A stretch of 60,074 nucleotides of DNA from Hydrurus foetidus (lineage: Eukaryota), in the NCBI GenBank assembly GCA_900617105.1, contig UYFQ01000368.1, positions 1-60,074 on the forward strand, read 5' to 3'. Below the pieces are notes generated by a model. It did no database searches and was not told the DNA's origin. It worked only from the letters and a program-made list of their open reading frames with translations. Position 1 is the stretch's first letter. The number at the start of each line of letters is the position of its first letter. Shown piece by piece: positions 9,358 to 21,400 of this stretch. Made by a program: the position numbers and the translations under genes.

Positions 9358-11910
9358 TCAAACCTCATTGATTAATTCCTCAAGGTTCTTGGGAATAGAA
9401 CGTGACATGTTATTATTCCTCAAGTATACATGGAGTGCTTCACAGAGCCGGAGATTATGTCAGTTTTCATAGTTGAACCATTTAACATGGAACGACATCG
9501 ATGTCGGTTTCTTTGTATCACCAGTGTGAACTTTCTCAACGAAATACTCCATGTAATCGCGACGTGCTATATCAGCAGATATGCCCAGCGATGGGCCATA
9601 ATTGAAAATCTTAAGATTCTTCACATGTACACTATTGTGCTTATGTGTAATTAAGTTCGCGAGAACTTACTCGGATCCCTCAAAGGAGACAACACGGAAA
9701 GGACCTTTCCATTTTGTGTGTAGTCGAGTAGGAGGGTGTTCTTGTTTCACAAGAACATATGACCCTATAGGGAACACTGTCACACCCTGTGTGGACTTTT
9801 TGTGTTCGGTGGTTGAATAACCGTTAAAGCTGAAACTGTGGAAGATGAAGATGGTGATGAAGAAGAAGAAGAAGAGGAAGAAGAAGACGATGATGACTTG
9901 TCACCATCATGCTGAATTGTCAAAGGTAGAGTAATCTCAGTATGGTTTAGACATAACCGTGAAAGCGCATCGGCAAATTCATTATCCAACCTTTTGACAA
10001 AGTGTACGGAAAAATCAAGTTTTTCCATTGCAATGAACCATCCTGCCACCATTGAGGTAGGGTTTTGTTTCGTGTAAGTTAAATTCATATGATCAGTACG
10101 AATAGTGAACTTACGATCTCGAATGAGATAATCGAGTTGTTGGCAACAGTAAAAGATAGTATAAGCTTCTTTCTGTATTGTCGACCAATTGATCTGTGGT
10201 GCCGATAGAGATTTGCTTATTAAGGCAATTGTTCTCCACACGTTATTGACGATATGGAAAAGTACACCACCGATATCATAGTCGGATACATCAGTATATA
10301 ACTTGATGGGTGAGTCATCATTGATGAAACACATTAAGGGACAACGCGAAACCGCGATTTCAAAGTCCTCTCGGGGGTCCAATATATGGGAGCACGTTTA
10401 AGTGCCTTTGGGTCCACCATCATTTGAAGGGGTTTGACGATGTCCGAATGAAACGGTACAAATTGACGAAATTAGTTGGCTAAGCCAAGAAAACCTCGAA
10501 GGGATGTTACTTCTCTAAGAAGTGGGAAGTTGAGTACTGTCTCAATCTTCTCTTTAGACATGTATAAACCATCTTTGTCTATGACTCGTCCGATGTATTC
10601 GATATGCTTGAGACCGAATCTGCATTTCTTTGCTTTGAGTCTAAGATTCTTAAGTCTAAATCTCTCAAAGACTTTGCGCAGATTCTTGAGAAACTCTGCT
10701 TCGCCCCGGCCATATACAATACAGTCATCAAGATACATCTCGCAACAGTTGTAGGTGAGACCGTAAAGGACTGTTGTGACCGTCTGCTCTTGAAAGTAAG
10801 AGGGGGCTCGAAAAGGGCCAAAAGGCAGTCTCGTGATCTGAAACACCCCCACAAAATATGTAAATGCGGTATAGATTCGGTGGGGTGTGTACAGAGGTGC
10901 CTGGTGATAACCTGCGGTTAAATCCATCACACCATAAATATCCGTTTTTTTGTTACCGATCCTCTCGAAGAGGTGTATGATATTGGGTAGGGGAAAGGAG
11001 GCCGGCTCAATGCATTCATTGAGTGTGCGATAGTTGTTGCAGGTTCGATTCGTATCGGCGGACTTATTTACCATCACTGGATGACTGTAGTATGAAGCGT
11101 TCGACATCTCGATCACCCCATCCTCCAACATTACTTCGATTGAAGTGCGGCGGTATTTTTCCTTTTTAGAGGATTGTGGGCGCACTGGTGTGCGGTTCGA
11201 TGGAACCTCCCATTTCTGCCTTGGCAGGTTTATCTGAAACGGTTTGAGGTTTTTGGGGCTACCTCATCACTTAAAATATCAGCGAATTCTGAATAGAGAG
11301 TACGCAGATCCTTCTGAAAGCTTTCGTCCCCTTCAAAATGAATCTGTGACAAAAAAATCATCCGGCCAGTTGGGCGGTACATTTTGGCACGTCTTGTCAC
11401 GCAAGAAAAGTGCGAAGGTGTCAGTTTTGTCATTGTCAATCTCGTCAATGGAGAGTACGACACCGCTTCGCCATAAGGCTTCCGCGTCATAGTCTGATGT
11501 AACAGAGTCCCCAGACGTATGTGTGAGGGTGGGAATCGAGTCACCACCTAGGTGCGGGGTATCACCCGTACGTTTCGCGAGTACAGTCGAGACACTAGCC
11601 AGTCGCTCACAACCCACATCACCACATGGACTTTGGGTCGCGACTCCCTTGGTACCATCCTGGGTAACGTTACACGTGAACGTTGTATGACAACCTGACC
11701 CCACGACTTCCTTGGTTAAAGGTGCGTGCAGAATGGCCTTCTTAGGTTTTGGCTTGGGGCATAGACCGTATGGCTCTCTTTTAAGAGCGAGTTTAGCTCG
11801 TGTGATTCTCTTCAACATATCATAAGTTGGGGTCATCGACTCTAACTCTGGTTCATCGGGTTGGAATTCCTCCGAAATCATACGCCAGTGAAGTGGGTGA
11901 AGCTTTGCTA
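9358..11910 (-). pseudogene. pol: Disrupted pol of element B
   Basis: RT (YLDDC) 10472-11185, RNase H 9780-10382, integrase tail and chromodomain 9358-9780; frameshifts, stops and deletions relative to D. Confidence 0.9.
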
Positions 11911-12021
11911 GGAAAACTACTGGCAAACGCTAGGAAACATCCTAATACATGGCTAGATGTCTACCTAGAAGCCTAGAAGTCTACCGAGTTTAGGCATACC
12001 TAGAGACCCCAGACGGCTACA
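11907..12021 (-). mobile_element. Possible truncated LTR fragment of another related family
   Basis: Minus strand begins TGTAGCCGTCTGGGGTCTCTAGG, loosely like the C/E LTR start TGTGGCTCCCTCAGGGTCTG; CTAG-rich. Confidence 0.3.
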
Positions 12022-12276
12022 GTAGGAGTTGATTGGGTAGCAAAACAGACGTTTGAAACAGAGTCTCAAATGAGAGCCTACTGTGCTGAGAATTTGCTAT
12101 CGAGAGGTCACACCATTCATAACGTTGGTAGACTCTTCACTTACTTGATATGTGCGCATGATAGTTGCAATGTCAATATAAAATTAATGAACAAGCTCCA
12201 TGAAGAGCTGTACGTTCTTGAAGCTGGCGATGGTTCTGAACATCAGCACAACGATCTCGAAATAGCACCTGAGAAG

Positions 12277-15200
12277 ATCTCACAGATCACTACGGATGCG
12301 GAAGTTTCGATTTCCGGTAATTGTGGAAATAGTGAAAGTATTCCAGAATCAAGATTGATTTGGTTACCAAACAATAAACTTGCTGGGGAAGCATTTGTAC
12401 TGCTGTGAATTGAGGAATTCAAAATGCGCTGTATGAACGGTAAGAAGTTTTTATACTGATAGACATCGTTTGTATCATACAGGAACGAACGTAAGTACCG
12501 GTTAATTTCTTTATTAGCGCGTTCCACTATCACATTCTCGTGTTTAGAGTATGCTAGTGTCAGGTTGTGGGGCGTACCCGTTGACACTAGGAATTGCTTG
12601 ATCAAATCATTAGCAAAATGTGAACCCCGATCAGATCTGATCATTTGGGGTGCACCGTATCTTCCAAAGTGTTGAAGAAGGCAATCGGTAGCCGATTTGG
12701 CCGTATTATCAGCACACCAAAATAGTTCTGTCCATCGTGTGAAAGCACATATGATGACAAGAACGTGTGAGGAATCAGGGAAAGGTCCGATGAAATCCAT
12801 GTTGAATACATGGAAAGGTTTGTACGCTGAAGTAACGTACTTGTGTACACGTATCGGTACGCGTGTAGCGTTCATCTTCTGGCAGCACGCACATTGTTGT
12901 ATAAACAAGTGGGTATGTTGAACCATGTGTTCCCAATCAATGAGTAAGCTTAAAAGCTTTTCTACGGTGCGTTTAACACCGCCGTGTCCGACAAACTTGT
13001 TGTGGCACATGTTGAGTGTGTCGCGCTGCACATCAGTCATCTCTGGGATAACCTTGAGGGCGCCGCAAAGTTATCTGGTTCTGTGCCAGTGGTGTCTGGT
13101 TGAACCTTGATGACAAGATCGGAGAGAATAGCACAGAGGCGGGACATAGCGTCCGCCACAGTGTTCTCAGACCCTCGCACATATGCGATAGTGTAATCCA
13201 GCTCTTGTAGAGCCATGGACCATCTCCCTACCATCGTGTTAGGAGATGATTTCATGTACGTCAGATTTTTATGATCTGTATGGATCGTAAATTTGCGATC
13301 ACGTAAGAGTGGATCAAGTTTGGTACAACACAAAAGGATAGCATAAGCTTCCTTTTGGATTGTTAACCAGTTCAACTGTGAGAAGTTGAGTGACTTACTC
13401 ACAAATGAAATGGGTTTCATTTCATCTCCAACCTTTTGGAACAATACACCGCCTACACCATAATCAGATGCGTCGGTGTATAAATGTATTGGTGATACAT
13501 TATCAATGAAGTGCATTAGGGGGCATTGAGAAATTGCCTGTCTAATGTCTTGAAACGCTTTAATGGTTTCAGCATTCCAAGTTACCCTGGAATGTTTATG
13601 AGTTGTAGACACCGTCATCTTATGTAACGGTGCTACTATGTTGGAGTGGTTTGGTACGAAACCTCTAAAGTAGTTCGCCAAACCGAGAAATCCCCTAAGG
13701 GCAGTAACGGTTTTAGGGCGAGGAAAATCTAAAACAGATTTTATTTTCTCAGCCGACATAGATAACCCCTCTTTGGAGATCACACGTCCGACGTATTCGA
13801 GGCGTGTAACTCCGAACTTACATTTCTTGGCTTTCAAGAATAAATTCTTCTCTCGAAAACGGATGAAGACATCACGAAGTCTCTGCAGAAACTCGTCAGG
13901 CCCATTACCAAATACAATGCAATCATCGAGATACATCTCACATGTTACATATAAAAGGCCCGCAAGGACAACCGTGGCCATCATCTCCTGGAAGTATGAT
14001 GGGGCACGTTTGAGGCCGAAAGGCAATCGAGTGAATTGATAAATTCCTGAGAAGCATATAAATGCAGTCAGGATTTTGGCTGATGCCGTAAGGGGTGCTT
14101 GATGGTAGCCGGACGTTAAGTCCATAACCCCAAAGATGTCAGGTTGACGAGCGCCAATGCGTTCAAACATTGCTGGAATGTTGGGGAGTGGCCAACTGGC
14201 CGACTCCGTACAGTTATTAAGTGGCCGGAAGTCAATACATACAAGGTATTGTCCGGGTGACTTCTGTACTACTACAGGGTGACTGTAGTATACCGCATTA
14301 GACTTCTCAACCACCCCGATCCGTATCAGATCCTGAAGGTTATTGTGAATCGCCTCCTCCTTTTGTGAGGATTGGGGGCGGAGCGGGGTCCTGTTACCAG
14401 GTACTTATCATTGTGCCGCCTTATGATCAATATCAAAAGGAGGTATACGGGCCGGTTCACGGGCCACCTCATCTTGAAAGATGTCAATAAATTCGGTACA
14501 TAATGCTCTGCATGCTGTTTGCAGAGCTTCCGACCCACCAAAGGTGATTGTCGAGATGACATCGTTCGCCCTACCTGTTGGGGTAGGGTCTCTCATCAAT
14601 GCAGAAAGAAACGAACCAAACGCATCCGTTTTGTCATCATCAATCTCATGTTCATTGGGATTGATTCCGCACGGCAAAACGCTCGCGGCGTTAAGTGTTA
14701 CTGTGTGCACTCTCGTCCCGGTCTCAGAAGCGGGGCAGTTAAGACAACTGCCCGTCCATAGCGCAGATGGACCCCACTCTTCTCCCACTGTTGGAATACG
14801 GTGGGTGCTCGAGTGACCTTCGTCTGCATTGTCAGCAGTGTCGGTAATTAGGCAACACTGTGTACAAGGACTACGCGATCTGACAGCGTCACTATAATGA
14901 CAACAGACGTCGGTATGTGAATCTGTACCGATGTCGGACTCTGCCCTTAAGGGAAGTAGACCGATGTCATCTGGGCTATGAGACGTGTCGACTAACGTAG
15001 GGTCGAAGCCCATACGTGTCGGTGTCAGCGCAAACAAGTTGTGTTGATTAAGGGACTTGCGTCCGATGATCAGATCCAATTGTGCAAAAGGATTAACACT
15101 AAAAGTGATATAGATAGTGTGCTTAATTTTACTATCATCGAGAAAAATAAGGCCAAAATCGACTAAGGTATTACACCTACAACAAGTGCCATCGAGCCCA

Positions 15201-15631
15201 CTACAAACGTTAAGTGCGGTTGAAGACACATAACAATGAGTAAGTGCATCGAGTGAAACAAGCAGTGATTTGGAAACAAAATCGCCGGCCATGCTACCCG
15301 TGTCTAAGAGCGCGTGCGCTGCGAGACGGAGTCCCGTGGACTGGGGTGATGACACGACTGTGGTGGGGGCGTGTCCCTGCAAGGTTCTTCGTTCATCCTT
15401 GAACACCAATAATGAGAGAAGTTCATTAGGATTTGTCGAATGTACCGCTGCTATAATCGAGTCAGACGGTAACGTACCTATGAGCTGTATTTCCGACATG
15501 TCGGTATGGTTATGGCACGCCACCAGCACCTCCGAGATTATGGGGTGGCTGTAACACGTGAAGACATGTGGGGATAACATCGTTAGTGTTATCCAATAAA
15601 GCCTTGGGAGTAGTAGATACCTCCAATGCAT
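12277..15631 (-). pseudogene. pol: Disrupted pol of element C (PR-RT-RH-partial IN)
   Basis: Near-identical to the intact E pol, but TGG GAA is changed to TGA TAA at ~14408, there is a small frameshifting deletion at ~13066, and the 3' end is truncated. Confidence 0.9.
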
Positions 15632-15737
15632 CAGTTAAGTGTACATCAGAGTCGAGTATACATAGTGATGGTGGTGTATCGGTAGGGCTACATGTGCTAG
15701 CATGCATCGCCACTACCAATGCATCCAATGGTATGAG

Positions 15738-17662
15738 TTAACGTACCATCGTATGGGGCTGGGAGTGGTAGGCCACTGCTGGCTGCGTTGATGGAGGTGT
15801 TGTTGGCCAACGTGGTGTTGTTACCACCCGGGCCGTATCGCGGATTGTTGGTGGCGCTCCGGTTAAAGTTCCCCCCATGATTGGGGTTCCCTTGGTACTT
15901 TTTCTTATGACCCCCCCTGGAGGAGGATTGTTGTTCAGCACCTCGTCAGTGAAGTTTGTTTCACGTCGTGGTATCTGAATCAAAGCGACCCAGACCAGAA
16001 ATGCGGTCGTGGAGAGGGTAGGTCGCGTGACCGTACTGTGCCCACGTGCGACCCATGTTGGAATGGTCCCACGGGACATTGTGGTTAGTGTTTGAATCCA
16101 CCATCCACATGTCTGGACAGTTTTTGAACACATGGTCCCTGTGTCCACACAAGTTACACTGAGGGAATGGTGTTGTTAGCAGTGCCAGTGGTGGTAATGC
16201 TGGGAGTGCTGCACCAACCAACAGGGTTTTGGGGTTTGTCGTGAGAGATAATCCATACGGGTTTTGTCTCGCGGGATGACAATAAATGTCGTTGGGGTCC
16301 CCAAAAGCCGCTACGTGTAGCTGTAGCTGTCGTACCGCATTGACTTGGGAGAAAAAGCGACGCATCGCGAATTCCCAATCGTCCGCGTCATGCGGGTTGA
16401 CGCGCTTATGCTCTTTGTATTTGGCGGTGATGGTACCGTTAAGGGGCATCTTTTTCTCCAAAATAAGAGTGAGTGCGGCATGGTCGGAGGTGCTGAGTGT
16501 GCCATGAACTTGTACATGGTTCTCAATTACCTCACGAAACTGAGTCATGCAGCGCATCTCGATCTCCCTTTTGTTGTAACAGAAGGCGAGATGAACTTCG
16601 GAGAAATGCTCAGCCAGTGACTGACCTAGTTGCGTGTCAGCGTGGAAGTAGCGCAGGACTAATTGCGCTACTTGAGGGACTGTCAAGGTTTGGAGCCACA
16701 CTTTACGTGTCTCCTCAGAGTATGGATAATCCTGATCCGTTTGGATCTGATCATCAATGCATCTGACTGCTTTAGTCGAGATGACTTGACTAACATCGTA
16801 GTTGTTGGTCCATCTCTGGGAGTGTTAGAAAAACTCCCGTGCTGCCTCCTGTCCAATAATGCCTGACGCATTCACGTTGAGAACGTAAAGTACCGTCTGA
16901 AGGGCAATAGCGGATATAGGCCGGGAACCAACATCCACAGCACGGCCACCCACTACAAGCACTGTAGGGGTCGCACTGGGTGTGGCAACCTGTACCGCAG
17001 GTGCGTTGATCGGTGACGCACGATCATGTATGTACCGTGGTATCGGTGGTCGTACCGGGTGCGCTGCATTGGGGTCTGGACGCCCCCTGCAGCTTGCGCA
17101 TGGAACGCTGCTGTTTGCAGCTCGTAATCGATAATACGATCAGTTGCGGGCAGCACCACGATGTCTGGAGGATCCAGGGGGATTGGGTTAGGAACCCGAA
17201 TGTCCGTTGGGATCTCCTGGATGACTCGTTGGGGCTGAGGATTATAATCAGTGTCACCTGTGAACGTACGTACGTACGTAGGGCGTTCCGGTGACCCTGG
17301 TGGGGAAGCTTGTCGCTTGCGTGACGTGGGACCCTCTTGAGGAGGTGACGCGCGTTTGCGAGGAGCGTCCGCTGTGCAGGTTAGTGTCCCCACGTTTTCG
17401 GGGATGCGCGTATCGCGACTCTCGAGCAATCTAGAGTTGTCGGTACCGCGTACGGTCGCACGTGGAGTCGTACGACTCTCATTCGCACGTTCGTCCTCGT
17501 TTTGGTTGTCGTTGTACTGACGACTGTCGGTATTACGATTGCCCCTGTTTGAGGTATCTTGTTGACGACGATCGTCCCCTTGATGATATTCCCTTGGGGG
17601 GCTGTCATCGTAACCCTGTGGGGGTTCCCTACGACTTCTCCTGTTGGAGTTATTATCTCCTT
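15738..17662 (-). pseudogene. gag: gag of element C, 3' portion (frameshifted)
   Basis: Helical capsid-like region similar to D gag (LQTLTVPQVAQLVLRYF..LAEHF..LEKKMP..WEFAM) and CNLCGHRDHVFKNC zinc knuckle. Confidence 0.8.
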
Positions 17663-17859
17663 TGTGGTAGTTCCGGGTCCAAGGTCCCGATCCTACCGGA
17701 TAGTACTACGGTACACTACCCACCGTACACTACAGTCTGTTGTATCGTCGTAACCACTTACAGCCTCCACGTAGAAGTCCACCCTAGCTTCTAGCTTTCC
17801 CTGCTGTAACTAAGTACTACCTCTAGACATCCCCTCCTCTTTTCCCATCCAGAGTCATA
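17663..17859 (+). repeat. 5' LTR of element D
   Basis: TGTGGTAG...GAGTCATA, direct repeat of 24167-24363. Confidence 0.95.
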
Positions 17860-18437
17860 ATAGCGCTATTCCCACTCATCCTTCTTCGCTGCTTTCTCTA
17901 CCTATCTACTTGTCCCAAACTTTAGATAGACTTCCAACGGAGTAGATTCACTCCACGACTTCCGAGGAGTCGTTTTCTCGTTGAGCCCGAAGCTCCGAGA
18001 ACTTAGTTTAAGTTTACAGGAGTTTGGCGTAGCCGCTTCCTGCTTGAAACCCTCCGAAAGGTGTTTTCAAAAGTTCGTTTTTGGTCGAAGTCGCGAGAGG
18101 CTTCCCAACTCGAAATTAAGGAGTTCTCCACTAGCAATTTGGACACCGGTTCCACTGCTAGAGACATCAGATTAGTCTAAGGACGTCTTTTGGTCGACAG
18201 GAAGTTCTTCCTTCATCCTTAACAGGACCCAAAATTTTCGATCACCCAAAATTCGGCTTTCACGCCATAGAATTTTTCTCGACAAGAGTGGGTTGAAATT
18301 CTTTCATTCGCTGTTACTTGCGTAAAGTACCCGATACGCGAACGAGGCGAAGCTCTCGCAAATTTTTTTGACGAGGAAAGCTCGTCCGCGCTTCGATACA
18401 ACTCGATTTATATCGACTGCTCATCCTACGATAGGAG

Positions 18438-21400
18438 ATGGAAGACGACGGTCTACATCCTGAGCCTGAGCCAAATGAGCCAGACAACGAGCATGAGATT
18501 GATGAGGAAGGAAACATCCTTAACATCTCACAAAGCTCACAATCGTCAAGCATGGGGTTTCCCCAGACGCTTCAGATCCAGCGTGAGATATTCATCCTAC
18601 GGGGAGATTATATTACTCCGCAGGATGCTGAAGAATTCTATGAGCAAGCACAACGCTTGCCTCACTTGCATATTAAACAATGCATGCAACGTCAAGCAAT
18701 CGATTTGCTTCATGTTAAAATCTTAACTGATCAGTCGACACTGGCAGTTATTACCAACGAGCAACGCCTTAATTGGCAAAACCTCCTTCCGATAGAGAGT
18801 GTTGGCAAGTTGGTAATGCAATACTTTTGCAAGAACAAACAAGGGGATCATACCTTAGCAGAACTGTTTGCTAAGGTCCCTTTCCACTACTCTCTTTCCT
18901 CCGATGAGGAAGAGTTAGTAACGTACATGGCGTACAAAGAGATCGCCACGGATCACGAACGTGTCCGTCATATCACCGCATCTCAGCATGCCGAGTTGAT
19001 AGCGATTCTTGAGAAACGACTCCCTCGAGGGAGCCGAATCTTGGGTGATTACGTCGCTCACAAAGCACGTGACAATGAGTCCCCCAAGACGTGGGAAGTC
19101 GCCATGTTGCGCATTATCGCGGTCGTCACGGCGGCGCGTGAGGCAATCCACATGAGCAGGAGTTATGGCAACCCTGACATTGTCTACTCGTTTCCGAGTA
19201 CAGCAGTCCCTCCTCCCCGCTCTACTAAAAAGCGGGCGAGCACACTGGCTATACGTGATGTAGATATCCCAAGTGGGAGTAGCAACCTAGCGGTACGTTC
19301 GACACTCGACGAACCGTTAGTGTCCGCTGCCCGGGTTTGTCGCTCATGCGGAAACCCTGCACATATTCTATCAGATTGTACAGTCATGTACTATTCCGAT
19401 ACCAACAACGATCACGGCTGTAACTGGTCTGATTCGTTTGTAGGTAAGGCATGGCTGGCACAAGGTGAAGTTATGTGGCAGGAGAGACTCATCCTACCTG
19501 GGTTCGAAACCAGGGAGAGATTCCACCCTGCAGGGGCACCCCCTTACTTGATGTGCAACAACAAGAAGCACAAGGGTAACCAGGGTGGAGGTAAAGGGTT
19601 CAACCCAAATCCAAAACCAAGGTTCCCCGCGGGAATCAAAACCAAGGTAACCAGAACCAAGGTTACGGTAACCAAAACCAAAACCGCAACCAAGGAAACC
19701 CCGGTCCTGCGGGTAACCAAGGTGGTGGCAGAGGGTACCAAGGGAGAAACCCTCGAGGGGGTAGATACAACCCGCCCCAAGGGGATAACAACGCGAGCGC
19801 CGGCTCTGCAAACCAACAAGGTACATATGATCATGATGTCGATTCATCTGATATCACTGACATAGAGCATTCAGTATCATGCATTACTGCATCTACCATT
19901 CCAGCAATTATTCCCGATGAATTTTTGCATGATCCATCAATTCTACCTTCTGACCATCTCAACGTAACGGTTTTGATACAGGATAAGGATAAGGAGCGCC
20001 AATCTAGCGTACGACGCATTGTGGGCAAGGCCGTACTCGATACCGCCAATTACTCCGAGGATTTTATTTCTTTCACTATGATTGATAAATTGAATGCTAA
20101 ACATAACTGTTATACAGCTTCTAAAGCCATTACTGTTTGCTCTGGTCTCGATGGCCAGTGCTATATAAATAACGAAATGATTGATTTAATTCTTAAATTT
20201 CATTCTTATGACGGCGAATGTCATACCATCCCTTTAACGATGCGGGTTAATAGGAACACAGACATTGAACTTTTATTAAGTCGAAAAACTGTAAATAAAT
20301 ATGATTTTATGTCATTAACACCTTTCGCTTTTGGTATTTCTCCCGAGCTTAGTGCCGAGAACAAAAGGAAGCGTGATGCTCGTTGGCTCGAGTTTGAAGA
20401 AAGGGAAGCGATAGCCAAGCTTGACCCGCTTCACTGGCACAAATACACCAGACGTATGATATCTGAGGGTTTCATACCCGAAGAACCGGAAGTAGAGTCG
20501 ATTACACCAACATACGATATGTTAAAGGGTATCACAAAAGCAAAACTTTCGGATCGGAAAGAACCATACGGTCTATGCCCAAAGCCAACACCTAAGAAGG
20601 CCATTCTGCACGCACCTCTAACCAAGGAAGTCGTAGGGTCAGGTTGTCATACAACGTTCACGTGTAACGTTACCCAGGATGGTACCAAGGGAGTAGCTAC
20701 CCAAAGTCCATGTGGTGATGTGGGTTGTGAGCGACTGGACAGTGTCTCGACTGTACTCGCGAAACGTACGGGTGATACCCCGCACCTAGATGGTGACTCG
20801 ATTCCCATCCTCACACATACCTCTGGGGACACTGTTACATCAGACTATGACGCGGAAGCCATATGGCCAAGCGGTGTCGCACTCTCCGTTGACGAGATTG
20901 ACGATGATAAAACTGATACCTTCGCACCTTTCTTGCGTGACAAGACGTGCCGGAATGTACCGCCCAATGGGCCGGATGATTTCTTGTCTCAGATTCATTT
21001 TGAAGGAGATGAAAGCCTTCAAAACGATCTCCGTACTCTCTGTTCTGAATTCGCTGATATATTCAGTGATAAGCTAGCTCCGCAAGCTGCTGACCTCAAG
21101 CCGTTTGAGATAAACCTGCCACGGCAGAAATGGGAGGTTCCATCGAACCACGCACCCGTGCGACCCCAATCCTCTAAAAAGGAACATTATCTCCGCACTT
21201 CTATCGAAGAGATGTTGGAAGATGGTGTGATCGAGAGGTCGAACGCTGCATACTACAGTCATCCTGTAATGGTAAATAAGACAGCCGATACATATCGAAC
21301 CTGCATCGATTATCGAGCACTCAATGAATGCATTGAGCCGGCCTCCTTTCCACTACCAAATATCAAACACCTCTTTGAGAGGATCGGTAATCGAAAACCG

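Larger units (their letters stand above)
8259..11910 (-). mobile_element. Degenerate Gypsy element B (internal region closely related to D), 5'-truncated, integrase core deleted
   Basis: 3' LTR 8259-8994 (minus strand TGTGATAG...GACTACA) with PPT GAAAAGTGGGGGTAA adjacent; RT, RNase H and chromodomain fragments match D. Confidence 0.88.

Noticed and set aside
12070..12276. ORF-like island between elements B and C
   Set aside because: No recognisable domain; may be a host or transposon fragment but cannot be assigned.
19600..19640. Programmed -1 frameshift between gag and pol in D
   Set aside because: No X XXY YYZ slippery site; a single missing base at ~19632 restores a natural PAGNQNQG gag tail, so mutation or sequencing error is more likely.
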